From assembly GCF_009914755.1 (NCBI RefSeq), contig NC_060933.1: a DNA stretch of 64,000 bases. One strand, given 5' to 3'. Source of the DNA: the human T2T-CHM13v2.0 reference genome, Homo sapiens. The notes below the pieces were generated by a model. It had not been told where the DNA came from. It did no database searches and saw nothing but the letters and a program-made list of their open reading frames with translations. Below are positions 41,401-52,900 of the stretch, in pieces (the first letter of the stretch is position 1; each line of letters starts with the position of its first letter). Both the position numbers and the translations under genes were made by a program.

Positions 41401-44089
41401 TTGTAATGGAATGGAATGGAATGGAATGGAATGGAATGGAATGGAATTAACCTGAAAACAATGGAATGGAATGGAATGGAACGGAATGGAGTGGAATGGA
41501 ATGGAATCAACCCGAGTGCAGGGGAATGGAAAGGAATGGAATGCAATGGAATGGAATCATCCGGAATGGAATGGAATGGAATGGAATGCAAAGCAATGGA
41601 ATCAACACGATTGCAATGGAATGGAATGGAATGGAAAGGAATACATTGGAATCAACCCGAGAGGAATGGAATGGAAAGGACTGGAATGGAGTGGAATGGA
41701 ATGGAATGGAATGGAATGGAATCAACTCGATTACATTCGAATGGAATGGAATGGAATTAACCCGAATAGAATGGAATGGAATGGAATGGAACGGAACGGA
41801 ATGGAATGGAATGGAATGGAATGGAATGGAATGGAATGGAACGGAACGGAACGGAATGGAATGGAATGGAATGGAATGGAATGGAATCAACGCGAGTGCA
41901 GGGGAATGGAATGGAATGGAATGCAATGGAATGGAATCTTCCGGAATGGAATGGAATGGAATGGAATGGAATGGAATGAAATGCAATGGATTCAACTCGA
42001 TTGCAATGGAATGGAATAGAATGGAATGGAATGGAATGGAATGGAATGGAATTAATCCGAATAGAATGGAATGGAATGGAATGGAACGGAATGGAAAGGA
42101 ATGGAATGGAATGGAATGGAATGGAATGGTATGGAATGGAATGGAATGGTACGGAATAGAATGGAATGGAACGAATTGTAATGGAATGGAATTGAATGGA
42201 ATGGAATGGAATGGAATGGAATCAACGCGAGTGCAGGGGAATGTAATCGTACGGAATGCAATGGAATGGAATCATCCGGAATGGAATGGAATGGAATGGA
42301 ATGGAATCAACCCGAGTGCAATGGAATGGAGTGGAATGGAATGGAATGGAACGGAATAACCCGAATGGAATCGAATGTAATGGAGAGTAAGGGAGTTGAA
42401 TAGAATCAATCCGAATGTAATGGAATAGAATGCAACGGAATGGAATGGAATGCAATGGAATGGAATGCAATTGGAATGGAATCAACCCGAATACAATGGA
42501 ATGGAATGGAATGGAATGGAATGGAATGGAATGGAATGGAATGATACGGAATAGAATGGAATGGAACGAAATTGAATGGAATGGAATGGAATGGAATGGA
42601 ATGGAATAGAATCGTTCGGAGTGGAATAGGAGTGAACGTATTCGAGTGCAATGGAAAGGAATGCAATCAACCAGAGTGGAATGGAAGGGAATGGAATGGA
42701 ATGGAAACTAATAGAATGGAATCAACCCGAGTGGTATGGAATGGAAAGGACTGGAATGGAATGGAATGGAAGGGAATCAACTCGATAGTAATGGAATGGA
42801 ATGGAATGGAATGGAATGGAATGGAATGGAATTATCCCGAATAAAATGGAATGGATTTGAATGGAATGGAACGGAATGGAATGGAATCAATCCGAGTGCA
42901 ATGGAATAGAGAGGAATGGAATGGAAAGGAATGGAAACTAGCCGAATGGAATGGAATGTAATGGAGTGTAAGGGAATTGAATAGAATCAATCCGAATGGA
43001 ATGGAATGGAATGGAACGGAATGTAATGTAATGGAATGGAATGGAATCAACCCGAGTGCAGGGGAAAGGAATGGAATGGAATGCAATGGAATGGAATGGA
43101 ATGGAATGGAATGGAATCAACTCGATTGCAATCGAATGGAATGGAATGGAATTAACCCGAATAGAATGGAATGGAATGGAATGGAATGGAACGGAACGGA
43201 ATGGAATGGAATGGAATGGAATGGAATGGAATGGAAAGGAATGGAATGGAATGGAAAGGAATGGAATGTAATGGAATGGAATGGAATGGAATGGAATCAA
43301 CGCGAGTGCAGGGTAATGGAATGGAATCGAATTTAATGGAATGGAGTTGAATGGAATCAACCCGAGTGCAGGGGAATGTAATGGAACTGAATGCAATGGA
43401 ATGGAATCATCCGGAATGGAATGGAATGGAATGGAATGGAATCAACCCGAGTGCAATGGCATGGAGTGGAATGGAATGGAATGGAATGGAACAACCCGAA
43501 TGGAATGGAATGTAATGGAGAGTAAGGGAGTTGAAAAGAATCAATCCGAAGGTAATGGAATGGAATGGAAAGGAATGGAATGGAATGGAATGCAATGCAA
43601 TGGAATGGAATCATGCCGAGTGCAATCGAATGGAATCGAATGGAATGGAATGCAATGGAATGGATTCAACTTGAATGGAATGGAAAGAATGGAATCAACA
43701 CGAGTGGAATGGCATGGATTGGAATGGAATGGAATCAACCCAAGTACAGGGGAATGGAATGGAATGCAATGCAATGGAATGGAATCATCCGTAATGCAAT
43801 GGAAATGAATGGAATGGAAAGGAATGGAATGGAATTGAATGGAATGGAATAGAATCAACTCGATTGCTATCGAATGGAATGGAATGGAATTAACCCGAAT
43901 AGAATGGAGTGGAATGGAATGGAACGGAACGGAATGGAATGGAATGGAATGGAATGGAATGGAACCGAACGGAACGGAATGGAATGGAATGGAATGGAAT
44001 GGAATGGAATCAAAGCGAGTGCAGGGGAATGGAATGGAATAGAATGCAATGGAATGGAATCTTCCGGAATGGAATGGAATGGAATGGAA

Positions 44090-46060
44090 TGCAATGGATT
44101 CAACTCGATTGCAATGGTATGGAATAGAATGGAATGGAATGGAATGGAATGGAATGGAATGGAACGGAATGGAATTAACCTGAATAGAATGGAATGGAAT
44201 GGAACGGAATGGAACGGAACGGAACGGAACGGAATGGAATGGAATGGAATGGAATGGAATGGAATAGTATGGAATGGAATGGAATGGAATGGAGTCAACG
44301 CGAGTGCAGGGGAATGTAATAGAACGGAATGCAATGGAATGGAATCATCCGGAATGGAATGGAATGGAATGGAATGGAATGGAAGGGAATCAACCCGAGT
44401 GCAATGGAATGGAGTGGAATGGAATGGAAAGGAATGGAACAACCCGAATGGAATGGAATGTAATGGAGTGTAAGGGAATTGAATAGAATCAATCCGAATG
44501 TAATGGAATGGAACGGAATGGAATGGAATGCAATGGAATGTAATCAACCCGAGGGCAATCGAATGGAATCGAATGGAATGGAATGCAATGGAATGGATTC
44601 AACTTGAATGGAATGGAAAGAATGGAATCAACACGAGTGGAATGGCATGGAATGGAATGGAATGGAATGAAATCAACCCGAGTACAGGGGAATGGAATGG
44701 AATGGAATGCAATGGAATGGAATCATCCGTAATGTAATGGAAAGGAATGGAAAGGAATGGAATGGAATGGAATGGAATGGAATGGAATCAACTCGATTGC
44801 AATCGAATTGAAAGGAATGGAATTAACCCGAATAGAATGGAATGGAATGGAATGGAACGGAACGGAACGGAACGGAATGGAATGGAATGGAATGGAATGG
44901 AATGGAACGGAACGGAACGGAATGGAATGGAATGGAATGGAATGGAATTGAAAGGAATAAACGCGAGTGCAGGGGAATGGAATGGAATGGAATGCAATGG
45001 AATGGAATCTTCCGGAATGGAATGGAATGGAATGGAATGGAATGGAATGGAATGGATTCAACTCGATTGCAATGGAATGGAATAGAATGGAATGGAATGG
45101 AATGGAATGGAATGCAATGGATTCAACTCGATTGCAATGGTATGGAATAGAATGGAATGGAATGGAATGGAATGGAACGGAATGGAAGTAACCCGAATAG
45201 AATGGAATGGAATGGAACGGAATGGAACGGAACGGAATGGAATGGAATGGAATGGAATGGAATGGAATGGAATGGTATGGAATGGAATGGAATGGAATGG
45301 AGTCAACGCGAGTGCAGGGGAATGTCATAGAACGGAATGCAATGGAATGGAATCATCCGGAATGGAATGGAATGGAATGGAATGGAATGGAATGGAATCA
45401 ACCCGAGTGCAATGGAATGGAGTGGAATGGAATGGAAAGGAATGGAACAACCCGAATGGAATGGAATGTAATGGAGTGTAAGGGAATTGAATAGAATCAA
45501 TCCGAATGTAATGGAATGGAACGGAATGGAATGGAATGCAATGGAATGTAATCAACCCGAGGGCAATCGAATGGAATCGAATGGAATGGAATGCAATGGA
45601 ATGGATTCAACTTGAATGGAATGGAAAGAATGGAATCAACACGAGTGGAATGGCATGGAATGGAATGGAATGGAATGAAATCAACCCGAGTACAGGGGAA
45701 TGGAATGGAATGGAATGCAATGGAATGGAATCATCCGTAAAGTAATGGAAAGGAATAGAAAGGGATGGAATGGAATGGAATGGAATGGAATCAACTCGAT
45801 TGCAATCGAATTGAATGGAATGGAATTAACCCGAATAGAATGGAATGGAATGGAATGGAACGGAACGGAACGGAACGGAATGGAATGGAATGGAATGGAA
45901 TGGAACGGAACGGAATGGAATGGAATGGAATGGAATGGAATTGAAAGGAATAAACGCGAGTGCAGGGGAATGGAATGGAATGGAATGCAATGGAATGGAA
46001 TCTTCCGGAATGGAATGGAATGGAATGGAATGGAATGGAATGGAATGGAATGGATTCAAC
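44090..46060 (+). repeat. Tandem duplication, unit ~1.0 kb
   Basis: CAACCCGAGGGCAATC at ~44545 and ~45553; GGAGTCAACGCG at 44291 and 45299; near-identical ORFs at 44528 and 45536 (offset 1008). Confidence 0.85.
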
Positions 46061-49000
46061 TCGATTGCAATGGAATGGAATAGAATGGAATGGAATGGAA
46101 TGGAATGGAATTAACCCGAATAGAATGGAATGGAATGGAATGGAGCGGAACGGAACGGAACGGAACGGAACGGAACGGAATGGAATGGAATGGAATGGAA
46201 TGGAATTGTATGGAATGGAATGGAATGGTACGGAATAGAATGGAATGGAAAGAATTGGAATGGAATGGAATCGAATGGAATGGAATGGAATGGAATGGAA
46301 TCAACCCGAGTGCAGCGGAATGTAATGAAACGGAAAGCAATGGAATGGAATCATCCGGAATGTAATGCAATGGAATGGAATGGAAGGGAATGGAATGGAA
46401 TCAACCCGTGTGCAATGGAATGGAGTGGAATGGAATGGAATGGAATGGAACAACCCGAATGGAATGGAATGTAATGGAGAGTAAGGGAGTTGAATACAAT
46501 CAATCCGAATGTAATGGAATGGAACGGAATGGAATGGAATGGAATGGAATGGAAAGGAATGGAATGCAATGGAATGGAATCAACCCGAGTACAATGGAAT
46601 GGAATGGAATGGAATGGAATGGAATGGAATGGAATGGAATGGAATCCACCCGAGTGCAATGGAATGGAGAGGAATGGAATGGAATGGAATGTAAACTACC
46701 CGATTGGAATGGAATGTAATGGAGTGTAAGGGAATTGAATAGAATCAATCCGAATGGAATGGAATGGAATGGAACGGAATGTAAAGTAACGGAATGGAAT
46801 GGAATCAACCCGAGTGCAGGGTAATGGAATGGAATGGAATGCAATGGAATGGAATCATCCGGAATGGAATGTAATGGAATGCAATGGAATGGAATGGAAT
46901 GGAATCAACCCGAGTGCAATGGAATGGAGTGAAATGGAATGGAATGGAATGGAAACAACCAGAATGGATTGGAATATAATGGAGTGTAAGGGAATTGAAT
47001 AGAATCAATCTGAATGTAATGAAATGTAATGGAACGGTATGGAATGGAATGGAATGGAATGGAATGGAATGGAATGCAATGGAATGGAATCAACCCGAGT
47101 GCAATCGAATGGAATCGAATGGAATGGAATGCAATGGAATGGATTCAACTTGAATGGAATGGAAACAATGGAATCAACACGAGTGGAATGGCATGGATTG
47201 GAATGCAATGGAATGGAATCAACCCGAGTACAAGGGAATGGAATGGAATGGAATGCAATGGAATTGAATCATCCGTAATGGAATGGAAAGGAATGGAATG
47301 GAATGGAATGGAATGGAATGGAATGGAATGGAATCATGTCGATTGCAATCGAATGGAATGGAATGGAATTAACCCGAATAGAATGGAATGGAATGGAATG
47401 GAACGGAACGGAACGGAACGGAACGGAACGGAACGGAACGGAAAGGAAAGGAATGGAATGGAATGGAATGGAATGGAATGGAATGGAATGGAATCAACGC
47501 GAGTGCAGGGGAATGGAATGGAATGGAATGCAATGGAATGGAATCTTCCGGAATGGAATGGAATGGAATGGAATGGAATGGAATGGAATGGTATGGAATG
47601 GAATGGAATGGAATGGAGTCAACGCGAGTGCAGGGGAATGTAATGGAACGGAATGCAATGGAATGGAATCATCCGCAATGGAATGGAATGGAATGGAATG
47701 GAATGGAATGGAATCAACCCGAGTGCAATGGAATGGAGTGGAATGGAATGGAATGGAAAGGAACAACCCGAATGGAATGGAATGTAATGGAGTGTAAGGG
47801 AATTGAATAGAATCAATCCGAATGTAATGGAATGGAACGGAATGGAATGGAATGCAATGGAATGTAATCAACCCAAGTGCAATCGAAAGGAATCGAGTGG
47901 AATGGAATGCAATTGAATGGATTCAACTTGAATGGAATGGAAAGAATGGAATCAACACGAGTGGAATGGCATGGAATGGAATGGAATGGAATGAAATCAA
48001 CCCGAGTACAGGGGAATGGAATGGAAAGGAATGCAATGGAATGGAATCATCCGTAATATAATGGAAAGGAATAGAAAGGAATGGAATGGAATGGAATGGA
48101 ATGGAATGGAATGGAATGGAATGGAATCAACTCGATTGCAATCGAATTGAATGGAATGGAATTAACCCGAATAGAATGAATGGATCGGAACGGAACGGAA
48201 AGGAATGGAATGGACTGGAATGGAATGGAATGGAATGGAATGGAACGGAACGGAATGGAATGGAATGGAATGGAATGGAATGGAATGGAATTGAAAGGAA
48301 TAAATGCGAGTCCAGGGGAATGGAATGGAATGGAATGCAATGGAATGGAATCTTCCGGAATGGAATGGAATGGAATGGGATGGAATGGAATGCAATGGAT
48401 TCAACTCGATTGCAATGGAATGGAATAGAATGGAATGGAATGGAATGGAATGGAATTAACCCGAATAGAATGGAATGGAATGGAATGGAACGGAACGGAA
48501 CGGAACGGAACGGAACGGAATGAAATGGAATGGAATGGAATGGAATTGTATGGAATGGAATGGAATGGTACGGAATAGAATGGAATGGAAAGAATTGGAA
48601 TGGAATGGAATGGAATGGAATGGAATGGAATGGAATGGAATCAACCCGAGTGTAGGGGAATGTAATGAAATGGAATGCAATGGAATGGAATCATCCGGAA
48701 TGGAATGGAATGGAATGGAATGGAATGGAATGGAATGGAATGGAATCAACCCGAGTGCAATGGAATGGAGTGGAATGGAATGGAATGGAATGGAACAACC
48801 CGAATGCAATGGAATGGAATGGAGAGTAAGGGAATTGAATAGAATCAATCCGAATGTAATGGAATGGAACGGAATGGAATGGAATGGAAAGGAATGGAAT
48901 GCAATGGAATGGAATCAACCCGAGTACAATGGAATGGAGTGGAATGGAATGGAATGGAATGGAATGGAATGGAATGGAATGGAATGGAATCCACCCGAGT

Positions 49001-49930
49001 GCAATGGAATGGAGAGGAATGGAATGGAATGGAATGGAAACTACCCGAATGGAATGGAATGTAATGGAGTGTAAGGGAATTGAATAGAATCAATCCGAAT
49101 GGAATGGAATGCAATGGAACGGAATGTAATGTAATGGAATGGAATGGAATCAACCAGAGTGCAGGGGAATGGAATGGAATGGAATGCAATGGAATGGAAT
49201 CATCCGGAATGGAATGTAATGGAATGCAATGGAATGGAATGGAATGGAATCAACCCGAGTGCAATGGAATGGAGTGAAATGGAATGGAATGGAATGGAAA
49301 CAACTAGAATGGATTGGAATATAATGGAGTGTAAGGGAATTGAATAGAATCAATCTGAATGTAATGAAATGGAATGGAACGGAATGGAATGGAATGGAAT
49401 GGAATGGAATGCAATGCAATGGAATGGAATCAACCCGAGTGCAATCGAATGGAATCGAATGGAATGGAATGCAATGGAATGGATTCAACTTGAATGGAAT
49501 GGAAAGAATGGAATCAACACGAGTGGAATGGCATGGATTGGAATGCAATGGAATGGAATCAACCCGAGTACAAGGGAATGGAATGGAATGGAATGCAATG
49601 GAATTGAATCATCCGTAATGGAATGGAAAGGAATGGAATGGAATGGAATGGAATGGAATGGAATGGAATGGAATGGAATGGAATCAACTCGATTGCAATG
49701 GAATGGAATGGAATGGAATTAAGCCGAATAGAATGGAATGGAATGGAATGGAACGGAACGGAACGGAACGGAACGGAACGGAACGGAATGGGATGGAATG
49801 GAAAGGAATGGAATGGAATGGAATGGAATGGAATGGAATGGAATGGAATGGAATGGAATGGAATCAACGCGAGTGCAGGGGAATGGAATGGAATCGAATG
49901 CAATGGAATGGAATCTTCCGGAATGGAATG
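45270..49930 (+). repeat. Tandem duplication, unit ~2.33 kb
   Basis: CCACCCGAGT at 46646 and 48991; CGAGTACAAGGG at ~47225 and ~49565; identical ORFs at 46799 and 49144; long GGAAC runs at 47400 and 49750. Confidence 0.85.
47400..47439 (+). repeat. (GGAAC)8 sub-microsatellite
   Basis: Eight consecutive GGAAC units; 7-unit runs occur at 24291 and 49750, and a 6-unit run at 48487. Confidence 0.9.
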
Positions 49931-52900
49931 GAATGGAATGGAATGGAATGCAATGGATTCAACTGGATTGCAATTGAATGGAATAGAATGGAATAGAATG
50001 GAATGGAAAGGAATGGAAAGGGATGGAACGGAACGGAATGGAATGGAATGGAATGGAATAGAATGGAATGGAATGGAATGGAACGGAACGGAACAGAAAG
50101 GAATGGAATTGAATGGAATGGAATGGAATGGAATGGAATGGAATTGTATGGAATGGAATGGAATGGTACGGAATTGAATGGAATGGAAAGAATTGGAATG
50201 GAATGGAATCGAATGGAATGGTATGGAATGGAATAGAATGGAATGGAATCAACTCGATTGCAATCGAATGGAATGGAATGGAATTAACCCGAATAGAATG
50301 GAATGGAATGGAATGGAACGGAACGGAACGGAACGGAATGGAATGGAATGGAATGGAATGGAATGGAAAGGAAAGGAATGGAATGGAATGGAATAGAATG
50401 GAATGGAATGGAATGGAATGGAATGGAATGGAATGGAATGGAATGGAATCAACGCGAGTGCAGGGGAATGGAATGGAATGGAATGCAATGGAATGGAATC
50501 TTCCGGAATGGAATGGAATGGAATGGAATGGAATGGAATGCAATGGATTCAACTCGATTGCAATGGAATGGAATAGAATGGAATAGAATGGAATGGAAAG
50601 GAAAGGAACGGAACGGAATGGAATGGAATGGAATGGAATAGAATGGAATGGAATGGAATGGAACGGAACGGAACGGAACGGAACGGAATGGAATGGAATG
50701 GAATGGAATGGAATGGAATGGAATTGTGTGGAATGGAATGGAATGGTACGGATTTGAATGGAATGGAAAGAATTGAAATGGAATGGAATCGAATGGAATG
50801 GTATGGAATGGAATGGAATGGAATGGAATCAACCCGAGTGCAGGGGAATGTAATGGATCGGAATGCAATGGAATGGAATCATCAGGAATTGAATGGAATG
50901 GAATGGAATGGAATGGAATCAACCCCAGTGCAATGGAATGGAGTGGAATGGAATGGAATGGAATGGAACAACACGAATGGAATGGAATGTAATGGAGAGT
51001 AAGGGAGTTGAATAGAATCAACCCGAATGTAATGGAATGGAATGGAACTTAATGGAATGGAATGGAATGCAATGGAATGGAATCAACCCGAGTACAATGG
51101 AATGGAATGGAATGGAATGGAATGGAATGGAATGCAATGGAATGGAATCAACCCGAGTGCAATGGAATGGAGAGGAATGGAATGGAATGGAATGGAAACT
51201 ACCCGACTGGGATGGAATGTAATGAAGTGTAAGGGAATTGAATAGAATCAATCCGAATGTAATGGAATGTAATGGAACGGAATGGAATGGAATGGAATGG
51301 AATGGAATGGAATGCAATGGAATGGAATCAACCCGAGTGCAATCGAATGGAATCGAATTGAATGGAATGCAATGGAATGGACTCAACTTGAATGGAATGG
51401 AAAGAATGGAATCAACACGAGTGGAATGGCATGGATTGGAATGGAATGGAATGGAATCAACTCGAGTACAGGAGAATAGAATGGAATGGAATGCAATGGA
51501 ATGGAATCATCAGTAATGGAATGGAAAGGAATGGAATGGAATGGAATGGAATGGAATGGAATGAAATGGAATCAACTCGATTGCAATCGAATGGAATGGA
51601 ATGGAATTAACCCGAATAGAATGGAATGGAATGGAATGGAACGGAACGGAATGGAATGGAATGGAATGGAATGGAACGGAACGGAACGGAACGGAATGGA
51701 ATGGAATGGAATGGAAGGGAATGGAATCAACGCGAGTGCAGGGGAATGGAATGGAATGGAATGCAATGGAATGGAATCTTCCGGAATGGAATGGAATGGA
51801 ATGGAATGGAATGGAATGGAATTAACCCAAATACAATGGAATGGATTGGAATGGAACGGAATGGAGTGGAATGGAATGGAATGAACCCGAGTGCAGGGGA
51901 ATGGAATGGAATGGAATGCAATGGAATGGAATCATCCGGAAATGAATGGAATGGAATGGAATGCAAAGCAATGGAATCAACTCGATTGCAATGGAATGGA
52001 ATGGAATGGAAAGGAATAGAATGGAATCAACCCGAGTGGAATGGAATGGAAAGGACTGGAATGGAGTGGAATGGAATGGACCGGAATGGAATGGAAGCAA
52101 CTCGATTGGAATGGAGTGGAATGGAATTTGAATGGAATGGAATGGAATTAACCCGAATAGAATGGAATGGAATGGAATGGAATGGAATGGAATGGAATGG
52201 AATGGAATTAACCCGAATAGAATGGAATGGAATGGAATGGAAAGGAATGGAAGGGAATGGAATGGAATGTAATCAACCCGAGTGCGGGGGAATGGAATGG
52301 AATTGAATGCAATGGAATGGAATCATCCGGAATGAAATGGAATGGAATGGAATGGAATGGAATGGAATGGAATGAACCCGATGCAATGGAATGGAATGGA
52401 ATGGAAGGGAAACATCCCGAATGGAATGGAATGTAATGGAGTGTAAGGGAATTGAATAGAATCAGTCCGAATGTAATGGAATGGAATGGAATGAAATGGA
52501 ATGGAATGGAATGGAATGGAATCAACCCGAGTACAATGGAATGAAATGGAATGGAATGGAATGGAATGGAATGGAATGGAATTGAATGGAATGGAATGGC
52601 TTCAAACCGAATGGTATGGAAAGGAATGGAATCAACACGAGTGGAATGGAATGGAATGGAATGGAATGGAATAGAATGGAATGGAATGGAATGGAATGGA
52701 ACGGAACGGAACGGAACGGAATGGAATGGAATGGAATGCAATGGAATGGAATGGAATTGTATGGAATGGAATGGAATGGTACGGAATTGAATGGAATGGA
52801 AAGAATTGGAATGGAATGGAATCGAATGGAATGGTATGGAATGGAATGGAATGGAATGGAATCAACCCGAGTGCAGGGGAACGTAATGGATCGGAATGCA

